Source: Macrostomum lignano | Taxonomy: Eukaryota | Direction of reading: 5' to 3' | DNA: 64,000 nucleotides | Assembly: GCA_002269645.1 (NCBI GenBank) | Contig: NIVC01002932.1 | Location: 12,415 to 76,414 of the forward strand | Part shown: positions 25,981 through 40,396 of the stretch, in pieces | Layout of the letters: each line of letters begins with the position of its first letter | Numbering within the stretch: the first letter of the stretch is position 1 | Position numbers and translations under genes: made by a program | The notes under the pieces: generated by a model | The model's database searches: none | Seen by the model: only the letters and a program-made list of their open reading frames with translations | Told to the model about the DNA's origin: nothing

Positions 25981-26244
25981 ACATGCGCAACTGCTGGCCG
26001 ACCTGGCCGATCTGGCCACCGTAAATTGTGGTGGACCAGGGGTAAGTCGCAAAAATTCCCAGCCTGAAGAATGCGGACATGGTACTAATTAGATGACGAG
26101 GCATTTATACCTTATAAGACAGTCATAGTTACTCCTGCCGTTTACCCAAAATTGCGTTAGGGTTTCTTTTACAGGTAAGTCGCATTTTTGGTCAAAAAGT
26201 AAGTCGCATGGCCAGTGTAAATCAGGGGGTTGCGGATGTATGTC

Positions 26245-26805
26245 CGATACTCAATATCTCCGACACTTCATATCACCGATACTCAATATCTCCGACACTT
26301 CATATCACCGATACTCAATATCTCCGACACTTCATATCACCGATACTCAATATCTCCGACACTTCATATCACCGATACTCAATATCTCCGACACTTCATA
26401 TCACCGATACTCAATATCTCCGACACTTCATATCACCGATACTCAATATCTCCGACACTTCATATCACCGATACTCAATATCTCCGACACTTCATATCAC
26501 CGATACTCAATATCTCCGACACTTCATATCACCGATACTCAATATCTCCGACACTTCATGTCTCGGACACTCCATATCTCCGACACTCCATATCTCCTAC
26601 ACTTCATGTCTCGGACACTTCATATCTCCGACACTTCATGTCTCGGACACTCCATATCTCCGACACTCCATATCTCCTACACTTCATGTCTCGGACACTC
26701 CATATCTCCGACACTCCATATCTCCTACACTTCATGTCTCGGACACTTCATATCTCCGACACTTCATGTCTCGGACACTTCATATCTCCGACACTTCATA
26801 TCACC
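26245..26805. repeat. 32-bp (2 x 16) array of the same ATCTCCGAC family
   Basis: Directly visible; 32-aa ORF periodicity. Confidence 0.93.
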
Positions 26806-28827
26806 GTTAGGATTAAGCCTGTCGGTCTGTCGGAGCTATGAAAGCGCTCCGATATTTTCTGCAAACACGGAGACTGACAGCATCGAGTGAAGAGACATTT
26901 TTGCCGTATTCAACTTTTAAAAAAGTAAGGAAGACGGATCGAAAAATGAAGCAGATTAAACGGCTTAGCGCTAAGAGGAACTGCGAAGTCGGTGCAATAT
27001 ATGATTTTGCTTGTTATTGATTTGTATTCCTAGCCGAACTGCGCCTATCGAGGGAAAACCCATCGAAGAAAAATCACTAAGGTTACAGGGTTTCACTTTC
27101 AGCACGCAGGATTGCAACCTAAAGCAAGTTAAAGACTAAAAGCAATTAGTTAAAGAGCACAGAAGCCATTATTTTAGCCATTGACCGCTAGTTAATCAGA
27201 AAAAGCGCGCAGCGATTGTCCGAATACAAACTCGGCCGCACTGCTCTGTCTGACAAACAATTCCACGAATTTGGGAAACAGAAATGAAACCAATAAAAAC
27301 AGATTAAAAAAGACACCCAGACAAACGATTTTATGTGAAAAATAGTTGGTTAAAGGTAAAGAAGAAAATTCGCTAAGAATCCTTAGTAACAAGCTATGCT
27401 ACGGGCATTAGTACAGTTTATTATTAATAAGAGATTGAGATTACCAGCCAAAGACCAAGTCTTACCTATTTAACGCTTGTCCGTTAAATATAAAAAAGTA
27501 TAAACAATACAGAAAAATGACGTAGAAAGAAGAGGACAATAATGTGAAACAGGAAAGAAGAGGGGATTTTTCTTTGGAAAAAAACTTGCTAACTGCTCAA
27601 CGCAGTCAATTTTCTTCAAGTACACCTTTGCTTGGGAGAAAAATATACGATTCTAATAGAGAATCCGAGCTGCAAGGGCGCAGTGATCAGGGAGGCGCTC
27701 CCGTTACAAGGTCTTGTAGACATGAAATACACACACCGACTGCAATTCTCCCACAGGAATGGGAAGCCAGACCAATAAATCCTTAATGATAATAATCATA
27801 AATCATAACTAATATTAATAGTAATAGCAATTACAGCACAAGAAAGTTGTCGTAGTAAAACTTTACATGAAAGAAGTGCGTTGTTGCTCTTGCCTGCCAT
27901 GGGCCGGGTTGTTTTGAATGCAATTTTCCATTTTCTCACAATTAATATGATAATAATATATAAAAAGACAATATGGCATACACATAAATTACATTCGGCA
28001 AATAGATTAATAATAAATTGAGAAACACCGTATCTTTTAGACAATGACAGTTTAGCCTTGCTCGATATATGTATAGATTTGGTAATGAAATGCTAAGCAT
28101 TACATAAACTGATAAATAATTTAGAATTACTCATCAAACTAATGACTTGTTGGTATAGCAGATTCAGAGAAGAGCTATGCTTTAAAATAAAGGATAGAAT
28201 AGCTAAAATAGCAGGCAGTTAGCAACTAGCAAACTGACTCGGTGTAAGCTTCATCTGGCAGATGAAAGCGCAGCTAACTATGCAGATATAAGAGGCTTAA
28301 TACAAACACTGAAAACGAGCCACCACAGGAAGAGCCGAAATGTGCCAATTCGCTCCAGCAAAATAAAAGCACGAATCAATCAATGGCGGCACTAAAAAGC
28401 CCGTTAAACTTTTATTAGTATAATTTAGAATTAGTAATAGTTTAGAACACATTCGTTAATATTTACCGGTCAGGCATTATCAAAGCGATTAAACAAAAAA
28501 TACCATGAAGCGATTGGGGCGGCAACACTAAGGACAGAGAGAGAAATACAAAATTGTGTGGGCGGCGAGTCCAGCCACTGAACAACTGGCACATTATCTA
28601 TGCACGCGTATGCTCTGAATTTGTAAGTAAAGCATCGAATTTAAAATGCATGACGGGGAGGGAGAGCGAGAGACAGACAGTGATTAGGCGTGGGGACAAA
28701 TAAAAATCAGCTTTATTTTACTAGCTCAGCATGCGGAGTCTCGAATTCAATCTATGAAGGTGTCTGCGAATAAATATATAAATATAAGTTTGAAACGGAA
28801 GCAGTCAGACTTGACAGGTTGCCAAGG

Positions 28828-31800
28828 CTACTGCTGCTCGGTCATGTGACTGTTGAGAGCGCGAAGGCCGTAGAGTAGGCTGGCCTGCATCCTGGAGTCC
28901 ATGATCACCAGGTTCACGTGCACCTGGAGGATGGTGAGGGGATTTTATCAACCATGATTATAATTGTGCACGGGGTAAACGGCCGGAGTAGAAATTCGTG
29001 CATCTTCATAAGCAAATGCCTCGTTATCTAATTAGTGTAAAGGCAGTTCTTACCTTTTCAGACTGCCTGAAGCCGGGCATGGCGCCCTTATAGTGGGCCT
29101 TAGTAACCTGGTCTGGACAGCAGGCCACCAACTTGCAGTACTTCTTCAGGTCGATGTTGAGCAGCTTGTTAATTAGTTGATAATCATAGTCGTCGTGCCT
29201 GAGGCCGAATATGCTCAGTATATAGTACCAGATAGCCCGCCTGAATGGCGTGGTCTCTACGTCCTGATTGGGGCCCATTGTGCCGTAGGTGAGGCTGGAG
29301 CAGGCCTGGAAGCGCCGGTTCAGCTCCGTGCCAAAGGCTGGCAAGAAGCGGTCAATGAGGCAGCTGCCGTCCTCCTCCCAGGAGTAGTCCTGGATGCGGA
29401 AGCTGTGGCACTTGGTGTCCTGCTTAACCTGATGGAAGTCTTTGTACTCAAAGCTGGGATCGTCGCAGAAGTTGGCGAGCTCGGCGCAGACCTGCTCAAC
29501 ACTGCTGTCGCTTAGTTGCTCTTTAGAGGCGGCCTTGTGAAATCGAATACCGGCGGTCTCCTCTTCCATGGTTTCGAATCGTTCGAGCAGCTGGTCCTCG
29601 GGCAGGCCGGATTCGACTGTACCATCAATGCTCTTCATCGCCTCCATGAGGTCTAGCACTCGCTGCTTTGGGTCAGCCTGGCAGGCGAGGGGAGGGTACG
29701 GGGATTAGGAATTAACGATTTTGATTAACTGCTTATCACATGCTTAACTCAATGATGCTAGCTAGATAGTTTCGAATTTGAATTCCTTTTAAAGCCTTTA
29801 TTTGCTTGTTAGAGCACAGCTTCATGAAAAAAAGAAAGAAAAGTGCAAATCAAGATTGAATAGAAGGAAGGGAGGTCAAAGAGAGGATGAAAGATAGGAA
29901 AAGGAATTAGGATTTGCATCTAGCATGAGGGAGAGAGTACGGCAGGGCCGAGGAGGAGGACAGACTGTACAGCGCAGGCAGTATGCAGAAGTGGAAAAAA
30001 CCCGGGGATTTTCCACAAGCCTTTCACAGTCGGCATTTGCCGAGAGAAGCAGAGTGGGCATCGGAGCTTCTATCACTCACTCTTTAAGACGAGAAAGGGT
30101 GCATTGCGTAGGCGGTAAAGCAAACTAATATTATTAGCACACAAGCTGAACAGTTATGGCTACAGTTCGTAGCAGTTTTACGTTTTTCACTAAGTATTTA
30201 GGTCCAACATAAGTTGATATTATTTGCTTGTCCACAGCTAATTAGTTTACCATCAAGTTGTTTAGAAATGATCGACATTCTAAGCGAAATATTGACAAAG
30301 CTGTACAATAAAAGTTCATTTTCAAGTACTAATTACGGCTGCTCACCCCAGGGCTAGACGGCGCCGGACTTGCCGGTACACCGCAGCTGCCGTTCATGCT
30401 GCCGCCGGCGCTTGCGTGCAGGCCGAACCGGTCTGCGCCGCTGTCAAACTGATAGGTGTGGCCGTGCGGAAAGTCCAGCTCCGGCCGGACCCCGGTGCCG
30501 GCCACGAAGCCGGACAGGGCGATGAAATGGGACAGCAGGCAGAGGGCGTGGACGAACTCGCTTTGAGAGTAGGAGTCTGGCCCGGACAGCAGGCTGCGGA
30601 GCACGGCTGGGGTGACGTCCCACGGCCGGTGGGCCAGCAGGCGGCACAGTGGGCCCAACTTGCGCATCTTGGGCGAGGCGTGAGCGAGGCCGCGCAGCCA
30701 CTCCGGATCGCCGGACAGGTGCAAAAATTCGATAGCGTGCAGGTGCACCAGGTAGGAGCAGCGGTGTCTCGCGGCGGCCTGTTGATAGTAAACATTAAGA
30801 AGTCAGCTGATCAAATAAATGTTTTAACAAATGATGAGCAAACCTACTATTTACTGCAGATAATAGCTTTAAGTTTCTATAAAACTGTATTCTATAATCA
30901 TTGGAGAAAGGTCATGGGAACTGGGAACTCACCATGATAGCCAGGTAGTGACGCTCGGCAACGCCAATAGGACCATTGCCTTGGAGCAGAGTATTGTGGA
31001 ACTGCAAAAATATGGCCAGGTAGTCCGGGTGATAGGCCATAACGTGGAACATATTGCAGCACCTGTGCCATTCGTGGAACTGTTCCAGCAGAAGCGCCTG
31101 ACTCCGCTCCACCTGCTCCTGGTCGAGCTCGTGAGCCGACAGGGCTACAAGGTTGCCAGCCGTCGATTCACCGGCGGCGCCGGCGTCCTCGTCGCCGTCG
31201 CCATTCAGCGTATTGTAATGGCGTCGCCGAGGCAACTGTTGCGGCTGCATAGTCGGATCGAGTGGCACCAGGTCGCATTGCTTGATGAAGTTCGAAGCTC
31301 GATCGATGCGTGGCCTGGGCACTCGCATGTTCAACGAATCCTGCAAAGACGGTGGAACAGCGGCATTGTCCACTGCGTCAGCTGATGCCGCCTTGGCGCC
31401 ATTAGCCAAGGGCTTGCCAAATTGTTCGCTATCTCTGCTACGTCTACGACGCAAGCTGTCCCGATACCGATCGGCCAGCATTCTGTAATACTCTGTATCC
31501 GCTCGGCTCCACTCTTTGTTACTAGCAGAGCTCCGTTTGCGCCCAACGTTGGCGCCTAAACTACTAGACAGACACATAGTGCAGGCAGTGCAGGCAGATT
31601 CAGTGGGCTTCTGTGGAGAACGCTTTCTTCGACTAGTCTGCCTTATAGGCATTGACTCGGTGGCTGCTTCTCTAGTCATTGGAAAACTTTCTGAGAACCT
31701 TTGCAGGCAGACAACGCTTGATATAAAAAGTAAAGGTAATCTAGTCAATACACGATTGGGTTTTGAATCATGCAAACTTAGGGGACAGCCCTTTAATAGG

Positions 31801-34800
31801 TTTCTGAAACAAGGGAGGTGAGGTGGGCGTTAAAGGTTGAAAGACTCAGGGCGCAAGGCCTTCAGCGGCATTGTTCTTGCATGACCCTACAGGCCTACAA
31901 GGCATAACACAACCAGAGAAATTTCATCAGCTATGGGGTTTATTGCGGGGAATTCCAGTGCGGGGTTGCCCAAGCCCAGGGCGCGACCTTGAAGAGGGAA
32001 GGCGAGGAGCAACGCTATTGGCTGGGACAGGCAGTAAACAGGCCAGGGGGGTTGGGGGTGGTGAGTTAGAAAAGTTTAGAACTGACGGCAAAGCATGCAC
32101 GAAGCGAATGGTCTTGCGAATTTCAACTGACGCGACCTCTCAGTTTCAAAACCAAAGCCTTACTTTACCTCACTCGCCCACCTATGCTTGGCATTTTGTT
32201 TTTGTCAAATCTAATTCTCCATTATTAGCTAGACTACAGCTTCAATATGAATTTTATCATAGGTGATGACCTAATAATTGCTCGTATTTGTACTTTGCAG
32301 ACAAAAAACAACCCCAAGGCTCCAGTGGCGGCGGCTAGGGGAGGGGCGAGGACGACTGACAAGTTGAGAGTTGACATTGAAAGAAAAATGTTTGCATGAA
32401 CCCAAGGACCAGAGGGGAACGAAGCAAGAGCTTGTTTTACACCCAAAATGCACTAGACTAGAGAGAGGGAGTACCTTAGCGTAGAAAATGGTAAGAACTG
32501 TTTTAGCCTTAACTGCGATTATACCTGTAATAATCAGTTATTGTAGTGCAACTGATCTAGTTTACCTCACCTGCAGACATGCTTGTACTTTTAGTTGGAA
32601 ATTTAGCACTTATTAAACTGGCTAACTTGACTTGACTTGACTGGCTAACTAAACAAAGCAAAGTAAACTTCCGAAGATAAAAAGATACGAATTGACAGAC
32701 ACATTAAAAAATAAGCAAATTGTTATCAGCTAATTCCAAAGCTAGGGACCAAAATATCTCAGAGACAGAAGTACTTTTGCATCACGCTTATACAAAATGA
32801 GCTGCGGAATTCAACTTCAGTAAATATTATTTTCAACTGCACTTATTTTCCATTTTCCATGTTAAGTAAGAACTGTACTTATTCACTCTTGATAATAACA
32901 AACGTTTTTTGACCTACAGATGATTCATGAATTTGCACTCAAAATAACACAAGACAGGGCACACAGTGTAGTGGCATTTATTGCTTTACAATTATTTAAT
33001 CATTTCTATTTCTTGCTCGAAAACAAAACTGAAGCCTCGACCTCGACCTTGAATCGTGTTTTAATGATGTTTACAGCCTATTTTTCAGCTATAATACTGT
33101 GTATATACGTACTATCATATGTATAGGATTTAGAATTTTTAACTCGAGGGTCAGTGGACCATCTCTCTTGACCCCCTCTGGATTTGACATTGTAGCAATT
33201 CGTGACAAAACAACATTAGTGGATTTGTTTAGGATAGGAATAGCCTGGTGCTGGGATTATAGAATGGGGATAATCACTGTACATAAACAGTGCACATCAT
33301 GCTAGATGCATTCAGCTTCAATTAAACTAACAATTTTAGCCAACCCATCCTGTTCCTCTCCCGCTTTTTTAATCTCTTTAAGTTGACGCAAGTATAAAAA
33401 AACAAAGTTACTGGCTCCGCTACTTGTACTTTTAATTCTCTATAAACAACATTATAGACTGTGCAAGCCGGCTTAGTTTATATTATACCTCTCTGCCCCA
33501 GCCAGGACTAAGCCTTCTATAATCTACAAACTTTCACTCCTACTGACTTTAGTTCAGTCAGCTTCCATAACTCTTAGTCCTAGCCCTAGTAGAGTCCTAT
33601 ATAGACCAGAAGTGTCTATTATAAGTTCTGATCCGACTCTGCCCTTACATAGCTGAAATAATTTACTCATTCTTCACTCCAGGGTCTAACCCCCTTCTCT
33701 CTCTCTACTCTTCGCTCTTAAAGCCTTTTTACCATAGGCATAAAGTTTCTTTTCCGTGGTACTACCGAGACGGAAATACAATGCCAAACCCTAGTCCCTA
33801 CCCTAAGGCTGCATATGGTGTATATAGCTACATGTAAGCCTATATACAAACATAACACACAAAAGTACAGTGCAAACTAAAAATCCATTAAAGAAAGGCA
33901 GACGGATTTGGCTAGTCGAGTCTAGCTAGCATCGAGTCGAGTCTAGTGGTGCATCAATATAGGAATAGAAAACGTGAACAGACAAAAGGCGATACAATGA
34001 ATGTAGCTAACGAAAAATTCAAATGCTTAGTTAGCAGACAGGACTGACTAGAGGAGCTAGACTGACTATCTTAGGAAAACTTTCTTATTTACTACTTTAG
34101 CTCGAAGTTCAACTTTAAAGAGACAACTCGTGTACAGATTTTAGAAAGTACAAATACATGCAATAATTTTCCACTGTATATAACGGAAATAACTAATTAT
34201 TAATTTACTGCATTACTAGGGTAGGATATAATTCACCCCATCAAAGTTGTTGATTACTAAGTTAAATATAGCATAGCTAAAACGTCACACAATATAGTGA
34301 GTTGTACCCAATTTTACTTGTACATATAGATAATATAATATGAGCTATAATACAGTAATTAATGTATGCAATAAAACAGCGAATTTAATTACGTCGGTTC
34401 ACTTACTAGGTAATAGTTTGGTTGGATAATATAAATAATGATGATGGCACTGAGAGAGAATAGTAATAAACACTTGCGTATATAAGTAAAGTCTAGGGCA
34501 ATGTATTTAGGCAACAGGGTACGTACGTAGGTTACACGTGGGGTAGAAGGTTGAACTTGAAATTCTGGATCTCACCACTATTAGACTGCTGAAACACAGC
34601 TTAAGATAAATATTAAAGTGGTGAAACGTATAATAAGAAAAGGACATTTAATTAGCCGGGGGTGTGTCCGCGAGGGACCAATCAGCGCCCGAGTATGCAC
34701 ACTGTACGGCCTTCGGGTGTGGTCGCCCCACCAGTATTAAGTGCGTACGTGCATTTAGTGTTTTTGGAAAAAAAGACAGGCGGGCCAGGGAGGGGGTTGA

Positions 34801-36021
34801 TGAGAACTTGACGGCCTTGAATAGTTTTGGGGCAAGGAAAGGCCAGGGGAGCCTGCTGTAGGAAATAAGACTGATTCTAAAAATAGCCACATTCATGAGC
34901 GAATAAAGCAAGGACCACACACAGGCATGACTAATCAGAGGAAAAGTCGAACCGAGCTAGGCCTCTGATTATTATTGCGCACAATTAGTGAAAAGTACAA
35001 ATATAGGACGGAGGCTACGAAACAAAAACACGTATCATTACTCGCACCCGAGCCTTGTAAACAACATGCAGTTGCAGATCCAATCAAACTGAACTGAACG
35101 CAACAATATTGCAGTGAGGCCAGCAAGGAAGGCTTGGTGAAATAAGACTAAGACAAAAATGAAAGCCGTATACATGATAACCGTAAACACTATAGATTTT
35201 CTTACCAAAAGTTTGGGACACGCCCCCCCACATAAAAAACTGGCACTCCCTACGCCTACCCTACGCCTATATATTAATTAAGGAAGGCCTGTAATTAAGT
35301 GAATAACAAATAAATTATTCGGCGCAAAATAATTAACAGATTGGGAAAAATAACATACAGTACCCAATAAACAGCTAAATCCGCTTTAACTCACGCTGTC
35401 GGCTGCCGCGGGGCACACAAGTTAAGCTCTTCTTTAAAGATTCAAAATCCATAACGCGTGAACTTGTTTAGGAACTACGAGCATGCAAAAGTGCCGTCAC
35501 TTCGTGGCATGCTGATCACCTCGCCATCACCAACCGATTGATTGAACTAGCCTAACTCTCATGGGACAGCCGAATCACGAATGACATTGCTTTAACTTCT
35601 GCGCCCCGCGTGACAGTGACAGCGTGCGCGAGTAAGGGGATTAGCTGTTCGCGAGTAAAGCCGAACAACATTAGCTTAAATTTTTTACCTGGACAAAGTC
35701 GAGCAGCTCGCTTGCCTTCTCACGAGTGTCAGCCAGAGGCGCAGCCTTGGCAAGCCGCAACAATTCAGGCAGCTGTTCTTCAATGTTTCGCCTAAATGAT
35801 GGATCTCCACCTGCGAGACTTAAACTGTCTAAGTACTGAGACTCGGTTTGAGTAGGCGGCGAACCAAGTCCATGGTACCACACTCGAAATGTGGTCTGGC
35901 ACTGGGAAACAGTGTCTTGTCTAACATTTGGTTCCCTAGATGATAGACTCCGAAGCATTGAGATTGAGTCAACAGTCCTATCAATTGGCAAGGTTGATGG
36001 CTCCGTGTAGCTTTCTGCCAT
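28828..36021 (-). CDS. SESN: Sestrin, 6 coding exons: 36021-35689, 34855-34749, 31698-30933, 30778-30347, 29677-29054, 28923-28828 (785 aa)
   Basis: VMAYHPDYL...NGPI...RHYLAIM|AAARHRCSYL, LAHRPW, SEFVHAL, LTYGTM...FRRAIWYY, HDDYDY, FRQSEK|VHVNL...RMQASLLYGLRA. All GT-AG junctions are phase-compatible; exon 2 is the least certain. Confidence 0.93.
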
Positions 36022-39000
36022 TGTATATTTTTATTAAAATTCCAATTTTCTGAAATAATATCAAAAGAATCTTATTTAAGAGTATATTTTATAATGGTAA
36101 AAAGTTTTTATGCTTTGTCTTTATATAGTATATTTGAGTTGGCAGATATCTATAAGGAGACATACATTAAACCTAGCTAGCTAGTCCACTCAGCTTTGAA
36201 TATGAGATATTCAGCTCATACTAAGCTATAAAATCCTATATAGTTTGAACTCACTCAAGAGAACAAATGTTAATCAAAATATCAAAAAGGAAAGCATATC
36301 TCTACATATAAAAATCAAAACTGTGTGTCTGTGTGTGGACAATTTTGATCGCTATGGACTCCCAAACTGCTCAAACAAATTACACCATAATATATATATT
36401 ATTGTTTACATCATTATGCTATTGCTATAATGATATTTCATATATTAGAATTGATTTTTAAAAGACAATCCATGTACTATCAATGATTCAATGTATGATA
36501 TCTAAATACTTTTAAATATAAATCTAAATATATAATTCTTAAAATTTATACTAACTTTTACTAACACTACCATTGTATATAATAGGCCAATATAGACATA
36601 TATAATGCCAAGTTTATCAAGGACCTTTTAAATGCACTAGATTTTTGCATTTTATATGCAAAAAGATTGCAAAAAGATATGCAAAAAGATGCAAAAAGAT
36701 ATATGTACTAGATTTTTCTAGTGCATTTAGTGCCACATATACTCCTATACATTAGAATATATAACATGTTAAAATAGTTTATGAAAAAAACAGAAAGATT
36801 CTATCTATAATGTTGAAAATGAAAACTTACTATTATTTACTAAGTTGTTAGTTCTTTTTATTAAAAGTAACTATTTGCTAGTATTATATTCTAAAAAAAT
36901 ATTTTCTTTATTTAGATAGTCTTATAAAATGACCCTAAGCTATACAATTAACTGATTTAATTTAGCAAAAAAAGAGCCATTGGCATTTTTATAACTTTGT
37001 GAACACTAAATTAAAGATTTTAAACAATTTATAACTAATAATCATTATCTACTACTAGACTTATATGTATATGTGTCTAGTTAATTATATGTATATAGGT
37101 CTATACTTAGATATACAAGTTTAAAGTTAATGATTATTTTTTAATATTTTTTGGGTAAGTGAAATTTTAATTGGATTTAGTTAGTTAACAAAACAATTAT
37201 TTTTTTGCAATAAAGAAATCATATTAGGGCCTAACCCATTGGCCTATCTGTCCATGGTATAAGTTATAACCCTACTCCTAGGGTAGGCCCATATTACAAA
37301 AAGTTGGCCTACTAATCCCATCAGGACATTACCAAGGCCAGGACATTTACTTGTGGGGCTACATAACATAGTTCGGATCGTGCATTAGTGTATGCTGGAA
37401 AAAAATTACAAGACCTCATTTGTAGGCCTATGACTATGTCAGGTTTGTGCACAAATACAAAAAAATTGTCATTTGGCACAATGTATCTGCTGTGTCATGT
37501 ATGCCAGGATATATCCTGATGTACACTGAAAAATGGTAAGACCCTTGTTGTACGCCGGGAAATCCCAGCAAGCATGTTCCCCTTCCGAACTATGGGCTAC
37601 ATATCTGTAAATTAAATTACTTAAAACTCAAATTTAAATACTATGGGAATCATAGCTATAATAGTTTAGAATTAACAAATTACCTAAGTCAACTATGCCT
37701 AGGATATTAAGATAAGACTGGGCCTTAGAATAATCAACATCAGCATCAAAAAGTGTATGCCAGTCACAAATACGAAGGAAGGTAGATTAAAAACAGTTTT
37801 ATACACCGACGCACGTTCAGCACGTATCGTTCCTGTCATTGTTCTATAAGTTCGTCGAAGGTGTAGTTGAGTGGAGTCAACTGTAGCTAAATAACTGTCA
37901 CTGTCAGACTGCAACACTTAACAGTTATAGGCTATAGCCATAGCCATTCTTACTCAAGTCTCGAGTTACTGTCATTGCTAAAAATAAAGAAGTTTCCACG
38001 AACGGACTTGAGAATATATTATTTAAACTATGAAATATTTATAGAACGATTGCAGTTTGGAAATAAAACAAATTATGATTTAGTTTTTGTGCCTTGTCTA
38101 CTGTTTAACCGTAATTGCTTCTAGATAGTTTTTTTATAAATAGTTCTTTTTACTCCTAATTCTTTAATACGAACACCCACGATGCGAACTTACATCGTCT
38201 TTAGTGTGATTGCTTTTGAACAGTAGTTTATCAAACGATGGAAGTGCTGATAAGTATTAAAGAATTAAATTTACACTAAACACCATAGCAACGTTTTAGG
38301 ACTTTGGAAGTGAGATAACTCCAGTTGGGAGAGTCTAAAAGCCAAAAATCCGTTTATTTTTACATGTATTAGCCTTGTTGCAAATAAATCGAGCTATTTG
38401 ATTCAAAAGTATTACGTCACAATACAAAACAAGCAAAGAAGTCATCATTCCCAACGCCATCTTTTATATTGACCCTGTTAAGTGTGGACGAACATGACTT
38501 AGGGTATTAAGATGCGAAGGTGGGTCTGCTTAGCAGTCTAGTGTATTGACTTTGAATAAAAACGAGAAACTTTTTAGTTTTTAAGCTTTGAAAGCTAGAC
38601 TAAATGTACTAGCGCAACAGCAAATTTTAAGTGTGTCAAGTGTATATTTAGAATAAAAGTAACCGGTTTTGTTATATGCTCGTTCCCAGGTTTTTAGTGC
38701 AATCGCTGTTTATATATTTGCAGGAATATAAGTAGAGTAGAACGCATATAAACACAGTGAAATATTCAAGATACACAATTCGAACTAAAAGACATGACAA
38801 TCAATAAAAACATGCAACACTTTTGGCAGTTGGATGAATTGTTTGTAGTGACTAAGAAAGTGATAGCAATCTATACGCGCATAGTTCAGAATTCAAAACC
38901 TCGGATATTGCAATTCTGAGATTTTTGTTGCCAAAACCGTGTAATGAAAATTCTATGCTGGTTTATGTAAATAGCCTAATAAATGAAAAGAATGACAAAA

Positions 39001-39185
39001 AATAACAGGATAACAGAAAGCATGGTAATGATCAGCAAATAGTAAGCATAGATAGAAAAACTGAACAGAAAAACAGAATTCAAATAGCAGATAAAAACAG
39101 CAAAAGAAAGTAACTAACGACAAATAAATGGTATTCACACAGTCACAGAGTCCAAAATGGATACCACGAGTGAGTTGAATTTCAG

Positions 39186-40396
39186 TTAAAGTAGGTCGAA
39201 AAAATAATCCAAGCCCTGGCCAATCTCCCAGATTGAAAGGCCGGTTCCAAGACTTTTGGCAAGTTCAACCCTGGCTTGAATAGAAGCCAAAGTAGGGTAA
39301 GCTAGTACGTGCGTACCGATGCCAGTGCTGAAAGTGGTAAGGCGTAGTTTTTAAGGTTTAATAGAGTAGAATCTTACATTTCGATAATGGAGTGCATGGA
39401 AAATTGTTTACTTTCCATTTCTCTGTAGGCTAAATATATGTTTGAATGAAATACTCCTCCATATTGTGGACCTGCATGTGTGTCTCTGGACTATTTCCTG
39501 TCTATGGTCAGCATTTCCTGTCTAAGGTCTGAATTTCCTGTCTAAGGTCTGCATTTCCTGTCTATGGACAATTTCCTGTCTATGGTCTGCATTTCCTGTC
39601 TATGGACAATTTCCTGTCTATGGTCTGCATTTCCTGTCTATGGTCAGCATTTCCTGTCTAAGGTCTGAATTTCCTGTCTATGGACAATTTCCTGTCTATG
39701 GACAATTTCCTATCTATGGTCTGCATTTCCTGTTTATGGACAATTTCCTGTCTATGGTCTGCATTTCCTGTCTATGATCTGCATTTCCTGTCTATGGACA
39801 ATTTCCTGTCTATGGTCTGCATTTCCTGTCTATGATCTGCGTTTCCTGTCTATGGGACAGGATTTCCGGTCTATGGACTGAATTTTCTGTTTCTGGACTG
39901 AATTATGGACTGAGCTATCATAACTATAACTATTATCTATAGACGGGAGAGGGATAGATAATTTTGTCTCCCGTCCATAGACTGGCCAGGATGTTTGCCA
40001 ATTAAAGCATCTATGTAGCAAACTGCTAGATAATAGAGAATGCAGTAAACTTACGAATACTCTAAGAAGTGTTCCTTATACTCGGAGCTCCATTGCAATT
40101 CGGATCGGTGCTTTTTGAGTATCTCCAAGTACTTAGATCCAATCACCGGTTCAACATTGCCAGGCACAAAATCGTAGCCGAAGAAGTTAAGGCCCAGCAG
40201 GATTTTAGCCCGAAGCGGGCTAGCCGAATCCGGCACGAGGTTTTCAACGCAGAGCCGCATCCAAGTCACGGGAGCGTTGGGCGCCGCTTGGTTTAGGCCA
40301 GAGTTTTGGGCGAAATCGTACGTCATCAATGAGAAATAGTCAACCGAGGCGCTCAACGCGTCGAAGTCAGTCTTGGAGAATACAGTGGACGCTTGG
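39186..40396 (-). CDS. CHID1: Chitinase domain-containing protein 1, last two coding exons (40396-40055 and 39327-39186)
   Basis: FSLMTYDF...PNAP..W...[10 protein letters not shown]...EHFLEY and [37 protein letters not shown], both matching the CHID1 C-terminus; phase-2 junction is compatible. Confidence 0.92.
39490..39860. repeat. 18/20-bp tandem repeat (ATTTCCTGTCTATGG core) in the CHID1 intron
   Basis: Directly visible. Confidence 0.93.

Noticed and set aside
25980-26245. Spacer with three GTAAGTCGCA motifs and a CACTG-like end between repeat arrays
   Set aside because: Possible transposon end fragment, but there is no partner end or TSD to support it.
29876-30076. ORF in a sestrin intron as an extra exon
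   Set aside because: Flanking exons already join in phase and there is no sestrin similarity.
32400-37200. TA-rich intronic DNA suggesting RIP-like C-to-T hypermutation
   Set aside because: No paired copy in the window to show directionality; AT-rich introns are enough to explain it.
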